From Octopus vulgaris (Eukaryota), in the NCBI GenBank assembly GCA_951406725.2, contig OX597825.1, forward strand, positions 27,342,001 to 27,406,000: a stretch of 64,000 bases of DNA, read 5' to 3'. The notes beneath the pieces were generated by a model. The model saw nothing but the letters and a program-made list of their open reading frames with translations, ran no database searches and had not been told where the DNA came from. Position numbers and translations under genes: made by a program. Shown piece by piece: positions 1 through 14,035 of the stretch (position 1 is the first letter of the stretch; each line of letters starts with the position of its first letter).

Positions 1-61
1 TGTTGTTGCCTTTGTACTGCACCTAACGCTGGAGATGTACTACAGTGTCAGGTAACACACC

Positions 62-1345
62 TTACTTTTCGAGCACTTTCCAGAGTATTCGAGTGGTTCC
101 AAGTAGTGCCGTTTTCTGCAAGTGCTCCACCCTTAATGCAGCCCCTATTTGTTCCACGTACTTATCTAGAAATTCGTTCACTGTTCTCAGGGCTCCGATA
201 ATTATTGGTACTACTGCTAACTTTTCTTCGACCACAACTGCTTAACTTCCCAAGCTTACCTATCATATCTCTCGAGTTTTCTTTCTTCCTCATCGAATAC
301 ATTGTTGTCAGCTGGGCATATTTTGTCTATGATCCATCATGGTTTGCTTTCTTCCTCAATTAAGACTATATCCAGCTTCCTATTCTCTACCTCATGGTCG
401 CACTGAATCATAAAATCTCACAGGATCTTGGCATTTCTATTTTTGACGATGCTTTCAGGCTTGCGATCGTACGAATTTTTTGCTCTGTCAAGCCCATACT
501 TGTTGCCAAGTGTCCAATAGGCAAGCCAGGCTATATTGTCGTGGCGTCTCTTATATTCCTTCTCGGCCAGTAGCGTACATTGACTGTCCATGCGATTACA
601 CCTGCTCCATATCTAAGGAGTGAAACCGCCCACGTTTTCATAGCTTCGATCTTATTCCGTCCATTTAATTTCGAGTTAAGGATTAGTCTCAGTCTGCGCA
701 AGTACTCCACCTTAATTTTTTCTGTCATTTCTTCCTCCATCAATATATCCAATTCCCAAATCCCCAACTACTTATAGTCCGTCTCTTCTATCTGCTTCAT
801 AACCTCCCCTGACGATATTGTTAGCGTGCCCATACGTTTGATTTTGATTCTCTTCAAGTCTAACGCACCACACTTTCTAAGTCCGAACTACATTTTGATA
901 TTAGCCGTATCAATGAGGGAACTTACTTGGGATTCATCTTTCCCATAAACTTTCAGGTCATACGTGAATAATAAATGGTTGACTTTTTGCTGTCAGCTTT
1001 AGAATACCTACCCAGCATTTGCTTTCCTCAGAAGCAGTGTTAGTGGTATCAAGCACAGTACAAAGTTCAGTGGAGACAAGCAGTCCTTTTGGAAGATGCG
1101 CCTCCTAATTTCTAATGTCCCTAAACTTTGTCCGTATGCTGTCAGGTCCTTCCTCCAATTCGCTATACTTTTTCCAATCAATCGCTCAACGTTCGATGCA
1201 ATATCAATTAGGCTCATACACTCCATAATCCAAGAATTTGGAATCATATCATACGCCTTAGTGCAGTCGATCCCTGACGTGGCTAAGTTACTTTTCCTCT
1301 TCTTGCAGTCTCTAAGTACCGTTTTGTCTATCAGGAGTTGATCCT
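62..1345 (-). mobile_element. R4/Dong-like non-LTR retrotransposon remnant (RT + restriction-like endonuclease), internally deleted and decayed
   Basis: Minus-strand translation gives [21 protein letters not shown] (degenerate GIFQGDSLSPL) and EYLRRLRLILNSKLNGRNKIEA. It then jumps at ~583 to KEYKRRHDNIA, a KILWDFMIQCD-like segment, VPIIIGAL and LLGTTRILWKVLEK* (stop 62-64). Confidence 0.85.
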
Positions 1346-1790
1346 TGGTACTTCTGCAATTACGCTTGCAATTCTTCTGCTCATGTGGCAGGTCTCCATT
1401 TTTTACAGATGTTCTTACATTGCCTCTGTATGTTTTTATTTTTTTTTTTTAAATGTTATATTAAGTTATTTGTCTGCCTGTGTTTACTTTATGCATATTT
1501 CAGTATTATGTACACCAGTTATGTATCTGTATACATCATTAATATATAAGTGCATGTGGATGTATGTATTCATATATGTGTTTATATGTACATTTGTGCA
1601 TTCATGTGTGTGTGTGTGTGAAAGGGGTGCCTGTCTCCAAAACTCCAAAGTTGAGTGACGTTTTCAAGCTTGGATTTGTAAACTAAGAAAAGAATAACAC
1701 TGGTCAGCAAAGAATCTGTCACAAAAGCACAGAAAATACGTAATATACAAACACACAGGGAAATTAAAACGAAACACGCGGGTGAAAAGA

Positions 1791-1889
1791 ATCACGTGAT
1801 GTGAAGAGTCAACATAGTACAAGGTGCGGCACAGACAACAGTGGTTGTCATGGTAACAAGCTGCTAATGCCACGCTGTCTGTTGATTGG
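1791..1889. promoter_or_regulatory. Candidate promoter/enhancer: palindromic E-box, RFX X-box and inverted CCAAT box
   Basis: ATCACGTGAT at 1791-1800, GTTGTCATGGTAAC at 1844-1857 (near-consensus X-box) and TGATTGG at 1883-1889, all within 100 bp of non-repetitive sequence. Confidence 0.4.
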
Positions 1890-2347
1890 CGAAAATTACC
1901 CAAATTTCTCACATTCAATTCCAAATAACATCATAAAGTAATTGCTTGATCGTAATCAAAATTCAGAGTTGCATCGATTCACCAAAATTGAAACCAATCT
2001 CGGCAAAATTAAAGGGGGATCATTTTGTGAATGAAAAGGACTAGATCCGATTTTCAGCTTGTGTGAACTGGCGTTGAAACAGGTTTACTCCAGAAACAAT
2101 TGTATCTGGTATTTGTTTCGCATGATATCTGATGTGAAATCGTATGCTACAATCGTGTTTAGTCAACAGAATGGACTAAACAAAACAGAAGAGATGTGGG
2201 ATGGAACGTCACTGCTAAGATCACGTGTGTGTAATGGAGAATTCCAGACAATGGATATTAAAAAACAATAATAAACAAGTCAACAACGAACATATAGTGC
2301 ATGTGTTTATTTTGCAAGAAGAAAATTGACCATCACTCCCCCACCAC

Positions 2348-2396
<49 letters not shown>

Positions 2397-2781
2397 TAAA
2401 TAAAACATATGCATATATATATACATATATGTACGTACCTACCTCTACATGTATATATACACGCATATATGAGTACAGGACACCAAAAAAACTTCGAACA
2501 CAATGAGAAACGAAAACTTAGACACAAACCCAAGGAACTGGACATTTTTTTAAGCAATTAACACAAAGAAAAAACCCCTTCTTCAGTCGCCATGGTTTCA
2601 TCTACCCTACGTTTCTATATATATATATATATATATATATGGTTAGATAGATAGTTAGATAGATATAGATAGATAGATTGATAGACAGATAGATAGATAA
2701 ATATATAGATATAGATATACATGCATACATACATACATACATGCATACATACATACATACATACATACATAAATCCAGACA

Positions 2782-2850
<69 letters not shown>

Positions 2851-3236
2851 GTCAGTATGCATGTTGCATATATGAAGAATAGTCAGAAGAGCAGACTAGT
2901 CATAATTTACGAATTTCGACTTGCACAAAGCGACCTCACTTATAAACTATGTACATTAATAAAAACAAGCGTGTCCGTCGAATTACCCTAGATAAATGCG
3001 TAAATAAACGGACACAATTTGACAATTCAATATAACACAAACTCTTATATTTCTTGCGGGTTGTATTCTACGATACGTGTGTTTCTATATGTATACGTAT
3101 GAGTGTGCGTGTGAGTATGTATTTTCATACATCAGAGAGTAAACACCCGCACAGGCATACACACTCATACACGCACACACACATACACACACAAGTATAT
3201 ATGTATATATCGAGAGCAAGAGAGAATTACGGGAAC

Positions 3237-3307
<71 letters not shown>

Positions 3308-3365
3308 CATATATATATATAAATCTGTATATATATATATACATATAAAGAGAGTAAAGAGTATG

Positions 3366-3462
<97 letters not shown>

Positions 3463-4571
3463 GCAGGCATGTAATAGTATAAATGTGATATTTATCACGA
3501 CATATTAAAAATATAGAAATGTTTATAGCATGTTGACGTGTAATATTATGTAGAGATGAGTTAATTCTTCATAATCATGTCATTACAGAATAACGCAGGT
3601 GCACGAATATTTGTAAACGGAATTCATTTTTGTATATTTCCAAATGTAGCCAATATCCCTGAAGCAAATCTTGCCAGAACATCACAAAATAACAAGTGTT
3701 GGAGTAATGTATACATTTGCGATGAATATTCATACATAGAAGAAAATATTATCAGGAAATATACCAAATATGACAGAAAGTGCCGAAAGTAATAATTTCG
3801 CTTGTGAAAGTTCTTTAAAAATATGAAAACTTTGGAAATCTTCCAAAATTACTTCCACTATAATAAATTCAAAGATTTCTCTAATTAATTCTTTATTCTC
3901 ATCTTTAACCACGATTTTCTTAGAATGCTAATAATTAAATCTGCATTCTATAGTATGGTAATTTAATTCATCGTTGAAGAAAAAGGAAAATTAAAATTCA
4001 AAGTCTGTTCGAGATTTTTAACTTCCATTGTTTTTCAAATTTTAATATTCCATATTGCAACTGTTCAGTCCCCCAACAAATAACGGTTCAACATACGTGT
4101 GTGTTAAGACATCGCGGTGAAAACTCAAAATAAAGCCACTAAATAGTTTTATACTCTTGCGAAATTCGTTGAATGTTGGTTTAACTTTGTTTAAACTCTA
4201 GCAATTATCTCAATGTATAATTGTGATACTGTCATAAATGTTGAACGAATGCCTACATTTTTCCTATGATAATTTATGAATTTATTTTATTTGTAAATTC
4301 TAGAAGCAGCTATGAAATATTGAGATCGCAACATTTAAGAATTAAAAATGTTACATTGATATGTTAAATTTAATGGAACATTTAGTTTCGAATCCCCATT
4401 TTTGCCACGCTATTCCATATGAATAAAGGGTACCAATATTACAGCACATTAATTCTCTCTTTGACTTTCTCTCTCTTTCACTCACACATACATTTTCCCT
4501 CTCTCTTTCTCTCTCTATCTCTCTCTCTTTATGTTTGAATCTCCGATGAAGCTACATATATATATATATAT

Positions 4572-4718
4572 TATAGAGGGTATGGCTGTACATAAATGCC
4601 ACACGCTAGGAGAGAGTCTTAAATTCAAAACTACCAAAATAAATATTTATTTTGCTAGTTTTGACTTTTAAGAGTCCCTCCTAGCGTGTGGCATTTATGT
4701 ATAGTAAAGCTCTCTATA
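4572..4718. repeat. ~147-bp near-perfect palindrome (foldback) embedded in (TA)n
   Basis: ACATAAATGCCACACGCTAGGAG pairs with CTCCTAGCGTGTGGCATTTATGT. There is no spacer; the axis lies at 4644/4645 (CAAAATAAAT|ATTTATTTTG). Confidence 0.9.
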
Positions 4719-4821
4719 TAATATAAATAAATATATTTAAGAGAAAAATTCTTGGATTTTTTAATGAGTTTTTTCACGCTAACTACTTGATAAATTCTCA
4801 TAAAGATTTTATCCTATCTTT

Positions 4822-4916
<95 letters not shown>

Positions 4917-7275
4917 CTGTGTGTGTGTGTGTGTGTCTGTGTGTGTCTGTGTAAATTAACAGAATGAGATACGCATGCTAATATATGACCTACGATAGAC
5001 TCCTTATTTGCATAATCACCGAACATAGAGCTTAACTATAGTCTGTCCATAGCCCTTATTCATCATTACCTGACACCTTTGGATCTTCTTGACATCATTA
5101 CCTCTCATAACCTCAATATATATAAATATATATAGTACGGAATCCAACTTGATCCCTTCATTCAGTAGCTCGATGAACTCAGTTAATTTGTGTTATGTTA
5201 CTCCGAAATCAAAGAGATTTATGAGAAAGACCCATGTTGATAAATTTCCAAGATAACAATTATTTCATAACAAGCTTGAAAGCAAAGAGTGTTCCTTAAT
5301 AACTTCTAGTTCTACCGTATAATGAGCTCTTCAGATATCTTTCAATCAGACATTAAATATTTTTATCTGTAAATTGCGTTAGAGTGTAGATTATCGGAGG
5401 GTTATAACGTGTCTTGTTTATAGCCATTGTTATATCACTAAATGACTCACAATAGCTTCAATGTGACAAGAATATCATTTGTCATCTGCAATGAATCTGA
5501 CAAAGCGTGTTTATTGAAGAAATTAATAACGATTTAGAACACACAAAGAAGGCCACATAATAGGTAGAGAGAACTGTTTAATTATCGAAGATTAAAGGAT
5601 GTCATTGACACCGTTTGCCTTTGAATTGAAAGAGCAACGTGCTATGGTATCGCAAAATATTATACCCTATGCTGTGCCTAAGCTGATATTAATATCTAAG
5701 CAGAATAAATATTTGATTGAGATTGCTTCCCTATCATCTCGATTCTGTTGCTGAGTTGAGAGAACCTCCAGTTTGGATGGAAAGGGGAGCTCCTTTTCGT
5801 CCAATTGAATCAGCTAAGATGCTTCGAAACCACGCGGTCTTTGCCCGACCCGAAGCGAACGTCATACGCATGCAGCATATATATGCAAATATGTACCTAA
5901 CAATGCAATTTTATTTTAGAGGCAAGCATATATTATGTGGTTAGAATGTCGAGAATGTCATTGGAAATCCGTATTTTGGCATATACACAAGACATATTTC
6001 CATACTAATTTTGGCAGATACTACTTTATAACTTAGAGACTGGGCGACCTTTGTTTAAAAATGATCACCTACCGTTGAAATTTCATCAGGAGATTTAGCT
6101 CATATTTTCTAAATAAAGAACACAAGATATCAGTAATATTCCAAAAATAGGAGAAGGTAACGAAATATCAAGTAAACTTTAACACAGCCCCTGCGTTTAA
6201 ATTCGCTAACTTACAAATGTCGATTAATATAATCAGAGTAATACTTAAAAACAAACAAGCTATAAGTTTAAACAGCTTGTAGTACTATAGCAACACCGGA
6301 CTTCTCAAAAGCTATTAAAGGCAATTTTGTTCAAAGATATAATTCACTAATGCACCCAGCGACAAGCCCTGTAAATTTTTTGAGAAGTGAGTTATTTCTA
6401 GAAAATTGGATTGTGCCTCAGTTTCTCTAATCTTATTAAATTATTTTTCAAATGCATTTAGAATTATTTGAAATTTCACGTTAGACCAATTTTAGAACAG
6501 TAAGTTAATTTCAGTGAAATATGTAATTTGTTGTCGCAAATGGTCTAAGTATCTGCCTAGGGGAATAACTATGTTTGCTAATAACTCGGTTGTATTAAAC
6601 GATCACAGGAGACGTTGACAAAAAGCCACAAATATTCTTTAATTGTTTATGATTTAATATGCCGAACATGCTTGTTCATATTTTCGCCAAGAAACATATA
6701 TGATCCATGGTTATCCATATAAAAGTTAAGTATCAAAGGAAGTGAAAATGTCCCGAACACACCGAAAGCATATGGAAGTGTATTGAAGTAGTATCTTAAA
6801 AGTTTGGAGGAAAGAGAAGGGAAATAAATTCGGGAAATTACAAATTCTAAACAAACAACGCAGGAATATAAGGGAATTATAAACTGTATGCATCATATAA
6901 AATATACCTAATAATGATATATTGTGTTCATAAAATATGCATACTATAAGGCCGGCGTTATTCTGCAGTTGACAGCCAATTTGGATTTTAAGATTTTTGA
7001 GTCAAGTACCGACATTGCTTTGTGCTATGGAAGCGATTTGCTTTCAATAACTTAAATTCGCGCACATTTGCACGTTTTATGCTGTAAAGCACTCCATTGA
7101 AGTGTCGAAAAATTTTACACGAATAAAGAAGTGAATATAAATATATATCGCGATCCAGCTATGTACACTGGAGACATACTTCCTTTTGTCACTCATTAAG
7201 AGAGTGAATTTGTGGGTTTTGAGTTGTTATAAATCTTATCTTAAGCAAAAGTGACATGTATTAATATATATATAC

Positions 7276-7913
7276 ACTAGCAGTATTGCCCGGCTCGTGC
7301 GCTCGTACGTTCTATGCACGCGCAAATTAAGCTAAACTTGGATGAAGTTCAATCAAAATTCAATTATTTTGGTTTAAAAATCAAGCATTTAATGCCCTCT
7401 ATTTTTGCGCTTATGTGTTCAATTTCCCCAATAGGAAGTACGTAGAAACGTTTCATAAATGTTTGTTGATCAAATAATTGCATTGTTGAATTATTCTTTT
7501 AGATCAGTATTTCTCATATTCTCCATGGTTTCTCGTTGCCTGTTTCCTTTTCACTAAACATTTTTATATCTTACTTTCCCCTATTCCCTCACACCACTCT
7601 CATTCCCCTCGCTATCTTATGCCATTCTATCACTCAGCCATTATTTCTTCCAAGGGAGGCTACTCCCTAACATTGATAGTTTTTCTAGAGTTACCTCCTT
7701 CAATGCTCAAACTTTAATCTATAATCTAAAAGGCCTAAACGATTTTTGCACTTGCGAGATGAATTTCAGAACAGAAATAGCACAGTTCAATTTTCATTCG
7801 CCAAAACTTTAAGTGACCTATTTTTGGTGGTTCTACGATTTGTTGGCTATGAGGAGATGTGCCGGGAAGTTAAACATGCAGAGACACACAAGTTGAGTTT
7901 TATATATATAGAT
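7276..7913 (+). mobile_element. Non-autonomous Helitron/Helentron (DINE-1/HINE-like) element
   Basis: Begins ACTAGCAGTATTGCCCGGC and ends GAGACACACAAGTTGAGTTTTATATATATAGAT. These termini resemble HINE-type elements (recognised from memory of the family). Confidence 0.5.
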
Positions 7914-8264
7914 ATCTATATATGTCTTCTTCTTCGTCTTTCGGTTCCTCTCTTCCCTCGGCTGCTCCTGCTTAAACTATCAATTCTCTGTACCCAAACT
8001 ATTTCTGCAGACTTACTACTACCAACCTACGATGTATTCACAAAGGAATAGAGACGGAGACAGACTATCGAGATATTTAACTATTTAAAGACAATGAAAA
8101 TATCTATAAACCATTTCACAAAATTTTTTTCCCCACTTTATTTATTTTTCTCTTATTTTACTCTAAGTTGAATAAGTTTAAAAGGCAGAAACCGGTACTA
8201 AAATGTACTTCATGATAAAAGTATTTTAGCATTTTGTACCTTCTCTTATTTTCCTTAGCTATGC

Positions 8265-8323
<59 letters not shown>

Positions 8324-8591
8324 TTGATAGATAGGCAGACAGCCAGATAGATCGGTAGATAGGAGCGGGGAAGGATTTCTTTTCAGTTTGGAATTATTTT
8401 TACCATTTAATTTTTTAGTTAGTTTTACTATTTTATTTACCATTGTATAGTTACTGGCATGAGGTATGAGTTTAAAGGATCGCGACCTTTCTCGGGATGG
8501 GGAATATAATGAAAAACTTAAGGGGACCGGACATTCCAAAAGCAAAGTTCTTCTTAAGGTGCCAACAAGGAAGATAACAGAAGTTCTATCA

Positions 8592-8653
<62 letters not shown>

Positions 8654-8822
8654 ATATGTATGTATGTATGTATATATACATACACACACATATATATATA
8701 TATATATATACATACATATGTGTGTATGTGTGTCTTTGAGTTCACGTGCTTGGAAATATTCTTGTCATCTCGTGGCGATGTTTTCCGCCGTCTTCCCTTC
8801 CTTGGATCTTTCCTTTTTCTAT

Positions 8823-8857
8823 GTTTCTGACGAAGAAATCCGCTCGAAGCTTTAAAT
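8823..8857 (+). ncRNA. Degenerate minimal type I hammerhead-ribozyme-like motif
   Basis: gttt-CTGACGA-a-gaaatccgctc-GAAG-ct-TT-aaat. The GAAA box and stem II carry substitutions. It lies in a short element between (TA)n tracts. Confidence 0.4.
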
Positions 8858-8997
8858 CCTCCTTCTTTCATTCCTTTCCTGACCGTCCAATACCACTATA
8901 CTTGTTCCACGTCCTTGCGTTGTTGTGTTTTCTCTCTGTGTTTTCAATTTGGGATTAACTATGCATATATATAACGTCGCCCTTTTGAAGAATATAC

Positions 8998-9268
8998 ATG
9001 CTCATGGGCCACTTTCCCGGTTTCTGTGGCGTATGTGTTCCCACCAGCTGGACGGGATGCCTGTCAATCGCAGCGTAACTCAACAAACAGAAAGAGAAAT
9101 TTGTGGCGAAAGAGTACAACAGGCATCGCCACCGCCCCCTGCCGAAGCCTCGTGGAGCTTTTAAGTGTTTTCGCTCAATAAACACACACAACGCCCAGTC
9201 TGGGAATTGAAACCGCGAACCTTTGACCGCGAATCCACTGCCCTCACCACTGGGCCATCGCGCCTCCA
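8998..9268 (-). mobile_element. tRNA-derived SINE, family A (core resembling the Meta-SINE domain)
   Basis: Minus-strand head GGCGCGATGGCCCAGTGGTGAGGGC (A box) and GGTTTCAATTCCC (B-box-like). The 3' part CTGCGATTGACAGGCATCCCGTCCAG...CAGAAACCGGG has a related copy at 21040-21250. Confidence 0.75.
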
Positions 9269-9423
9269 TATTAGCAAAAACTGTCCGATGAACGGCAACA
9301 TGAAACTCAGAGTAACAGGTTTTGTAGAATTTTCTGCTGCTTTAAATAAAGCATATTACTCTACCACTGGTATTTGAGTACTCTTTTTTTCCACCTTTTT
9401 TAACATTTATGTGTTTACTCCGG

Positions 9424-9483
<60 letters not shown>

Positions 9484-9720
9484 AATATTTGTTTGCTAAA
9501 CTGGCAATATGACCATTCCGAAATATAACAATATATATATATATATATATCATTCGCATATTCTACCTTTACGTATGTTTCTATTTTGTAAATATTATAC
9601 TGATGTTTGTTCATGCAAGAACATGAGATTAAAAGAAACTTATTTTTTTAATGCAAAACTTCGAAATTACACAGTGTGGACATATATTACCAAACATATG
9701 AACTTACAGGCACACATACG

Positions 9721-9753
<33 letters not shown>

Positions 9754-9761
9754 GTATATAT

Positions 9762-9808
<47 letters not shown>

Positions 9809-10034
9809 ATATATTTAGTTTTTCATAGAAGTTCTTATCTTCCTTCTTGGCACCTTAAGAAAAGTGCTTGTAGTGACGACCGCAACCCATCCTATGTTCA
9901 TTATTTTCCCCATCCTAAAATAGGTCAGCCTCCCTGAACTCATGTCTCATGCCAGTAGCTATACAATGGTAAAAAACTAACTAAATAAATAAATGGTAAA
10001 AAACATTCCAAATTGAAAAGAAGTCCCTCCCTGT

Positions 10035-10077
<43 letters not shown>

Positions 10078-10109
10078 TCTCTCTCTTTCTCTCTCTCTAT
10101 GTATGTATG

Positions 10110-10140
<31 letters not shown>

Positions 10141-10169
10141 TTATCTATCTCTCTGTCTATGCATCTACT

Positions 10170-10228
<59 letters not shown>

Positions 10229-10639
10229 CTCTCTATCTATCTAGACTTTTCTTTCCACAGATAAACCTAATATTTTTACATTGACATTTCTGAGATACAC
10301 GATCCCTACTGGTAGGCCCCCATCTTTGTTTTTTTTGTTTTTTTCACGATCCATTTTGGTCGGAATTCGACCCACTTTTCATTTCCTTCTTTCCTTCTTT
10401 TTTTCTATTTTTTTCTTTTTTCTTTCTTACCTTTCCAAAAAGAAAAGCTCTTCTTTGTATTCGGTCCCTTCCGTGTTAAGCTCTGCGTGGCCAATGAAGA
10501 AGCATATCTATCTATCTCTATTGTCCTAGAAACTGACTACCAAACATCAAACAAAAAACAAAGAACAATGTTCTCATCTAAACAACACAAAAAACACCTG
10601 ATTTATATAAATGAACAAACCGTTGGAACATTCACAAAT

Positions 10640-10678
10640 TTATTTGACAAGTTCGAAGCAGGACGAAACTGCTAATAA
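10640..10678 (+). ncRNA. Degenerate minimal hammerhead-like motif, probably at a PLE 3' end
   Basis: ttat-TTGACAA-gttc(gaagca)ggac-GAAA-ctgc-TA-ataa. Stems I and II pair; the core has two mismatches to CTGANGA. Confidence 0.35.
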
Positions 10679-10815
10679 TAATGACTAAATTAATAAAAAA
10701 CTTTTTCCCAAATTCTAGCGACCTCCTCTTTCTCAATATTCAATATCTGTTCCCTACTTCTAACACTCTATACATACATACATACATACATATATATACA
10801 CATACATACATACAC

Positions 10816-10879
<64 letters not shown>

Positions 10880-10924
10880 AAATAATATGTATATATATAC
10901 ATGAATATATGAGAACAGGACGTG

Positions 10925-11009
<85 letters not shown>

Positions 11010-11519
11010 GAGAGAAAGTAATTTTCTTTTATACTATATCAAAATACATCTTTGAGAATTATTTGCTACAATTTTTCTGTAACTCTATACTAGATCATTA
11101 CGTGTCTTTAAGAAATCTAAGGTGAACGTTGCTAGGTGAAACCTGCTTGGTGTCATCGAGTAGAGTATAATAGAGACTGTGACATTATTGCGGATGTGTT
11201 ATTTGCCAAGGAGTCACACAAAGTTATTGTAACCGTTTAACTCTTTTATAGCTGCGTTAAGAAAATAGTTTCAAAGCGTATTCAATACGAGTGGTACTTT
11301 CCTTTCGGTTCAAATGGTGTTGCTATCGTTTGCTAAATGTTTTTTGTATATTACATAATTGGATAACTTATCTTTACTTATTAGATGATTCTGAAAAGAA
11401 TAGTAATAGAGTCCAGGAAAGGTTATTATGAAGTTGTGAAACTTTATTACTTATTCTGCCTGGTTTTACATACAGACACATGCTCACAAGCACACGCGTA
11501 TGTGTGTGTATGAATGTAC

Positions 11520-11568
<49 letters not shown>

Positions 11569-11721
11569 TGTGTCTGTGTGTGTGTTTGTGTGTGAATATA
11601 AACATATATATATATTTGTATATATGCATATGTATACATATGTATATGTGTATTTATATCCACACACACACACACACATATATGTATATATATATATATA
11701 TTTATATACATACATACATAC

Positions 11722-11790
<69 letters not shown>

Positions 11791-12179
11791 CTAGAGAGAG
11801 AGAGAGAGAGAGAGATTTACGGAGGAGTATTGTACGTATGTACGTTTATGAATTAGATTTAGGATTGGTTCATTGCATAAATAACTTTCTTACAATAGCA
11901 CCAAACGAAATGTTTAATATCAAGTATAAATGTTTCTTTTTCTTTTGTTTTGATTGTTTTTTCTTGCTTGATCAATTAGTAAATAAAAATATCACAAGAG
12001 ATGATATTCCATATTTAGAATAGATAATAGGAATTCCTATTATTCAGCACTCCTCGAAATCAGAAATCAATGGTAGGCGATAGATTTTCAAGTTATACAA
12101 ACATTAGTACTGAAAAGTCCAGTTGCATTTTTAGTATGATTACTGTTTGTTTAAAAACGAATAAAGCTGTAAGTTGTAT

Positions 12180-12430
12180 CTTTTATCTTTTATTTGTTTC
12201 CGTAATTAGATTACTGCCATACCAAGGCACCACCCTGAAGAGTTTTTGTTCAACAATTCGACCACAGTGTTTTTTTGTTGTTTTTTTTAATTCTATGCCG
12301 GGTACTAATTATATTGGTTTTATTTTGCAGAATCATTAATGTATCAATACATCAACAAGCCAACAAAAATCGATGAGGGACTGAACCTGGATCTATATGG
12401 TTTGAAAGCAAACTTCTACCACACGACCAG
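12180..12430 (-). mobile_element. Degenerate tRNA-derived SINE, family B
   Basis: Similar to the 16581-16965 copy (GGGACTGAACC...GAAAGCAAACTTCTACCACAC; GCCATACCAAGGCACCACC). Confidence 0.55.
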
Positions 12431-13845
12431 AAATATTACTTAATGTTTTGTACAACATTCCATCATACAAAATAATTTTATGAAAACGCCTTGTTTAAAT
12501 TTATATTTCATAATTTTTGTTATCAGACAACATATTTTGAAAAAAGGGGTTTATATTTACCTTAAATGTCTGCAAGAACATTGTATTCTTGTATGTATTA
12601 AGTTTTTCAGATTGTCGGTGATTAAGTCAATGTTATATTGTATTAATACGTGAGAAATTCAGAATTCGCCCTGATTTTTAAAAATATTTATAGGCTTGAG
12701 TCACGGTTCCTATTCAGTTTTAAATATAGGAAGACTATCAAAATTGAAACGTGAAGTAAATAAATAAGGCAACGATATCCTTTCAAAATATGAAAGATTA
12801 AACATATCTATTTGATATCTATTCCATTCATCATATATAATTGTTATAAATTTAATTGTCGACCAATTTTAATTTCGTTTATTCAACTTATGACGTCAAT
12901 GCCTTGAAGGAAGCTTTAATTAACACAATTTATCATTTGTATGAACATTCAGCTATTTGGTTAAATTACGGAACCCGAGCCGTTGCGTCCTTACGGTGTT
13001 CTTGGACCAGTTAAGAATAAAAGCATTATCACCTATAATTCAACGTCTACTGCCTGACAAATTAGAAGAGAATCTAATGTGAATGTAGAAAAATGAATCA
13101 ACTGTATCTTTGTGCTTGGTCAGGGCAAATTGCTAATGAACAACTAATACAACTCAATACACTTTATTTATGAAGAGGTGTGTTCGTCTCACTTCATATA
13201 AGTGGACAACTGCATTTGGTGGTCTAATACTTATGGCTTTCACGAGTGTGTTTCAAGGAAATTATTTTGGAATATCAAATCCTAGCAATCATCAATTTAA
13301 TATTTCTTGTCTTAGCTTTCTTAATTCTAAGGCAACGTTTATGCTATATAATTACTCACCAGTTATTCACATGTTTTCCCATTGACTAGCATGCAGATCT
13401 GTGGCCTTCTAAATATGAGATGGATTCAGTTAATGCAAATTACATATTTTCTCTCATTATGCATTCAAATTAATTGTATTCAAATAACGCCGATGATGAT
13501 AATAAGATCTATTTTAATCATTCGAAAATGTTACATATCTATGCGTGTGTGTGGGGTGAGTATATCTTTGAAGCATTAGGATTGATATTTATTTGCTAAT
13601 GTAGCATCATCCGATGTGGAATGGAGATGTACAGAAAATCCTACGGCAAAATATCAGCCGGGAAAACAATGACGTACTGTAAGAAAACTCAGTGTTCAAT
13701 GTCGTATAGAAACCAGAAAATGTTCATGACCAGAAAGTACTGAACACTTAGCGAAATAGTAACTTAGTAAAGTGGAACATTTTGTAAAGTAGAACGCTTA
13801 GTAAGGTAGAAAACTTTGTGAAGTAATGTCAGAAATAGGAGTTTA

Positions 13846-14035
13846 AGTTGGCGAACTAGTAGAATTGTTAGTACGCCTAGCAAAACGCTTCGTCCGTCTG
13901 CATTGTGACTTCAAATCACACCGAGCTCGACTTTGCTGTTTTTCCTTCCGGGTCCATAAAAAATACCAGTTGAGCACAGGGGTGGTTGTTATTCACTTAC
14001 CCCAAACTCGACGGTCTTGTGCCAAATTTTGAAAA
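13846..14035 (+). mobile_element. tRNA-derived SINE, family C (diverged)
   Basis: Colinear with the 47891-48124 copy: GGCGAACTAGTAGAATTGTTAG...TTCAAATCACACCGAGCTCGACTTTGC...TACCAGTTGAGCAC. Confidence 0.7.

Noticed and set aside
3560-3960. Short hydrophobic open frames on both strands
   Set aside because: No recognisable domain or convincing splice signals.
13748-13828. About five degenerate 17-bp repeats (CTTAGTAAAGTRGAAC-like), superficially CRISPR-like
   Set aside because: The units are directly tandem with no unique spacers, in a eukaryotic context. This is an ordinary minisatellite.
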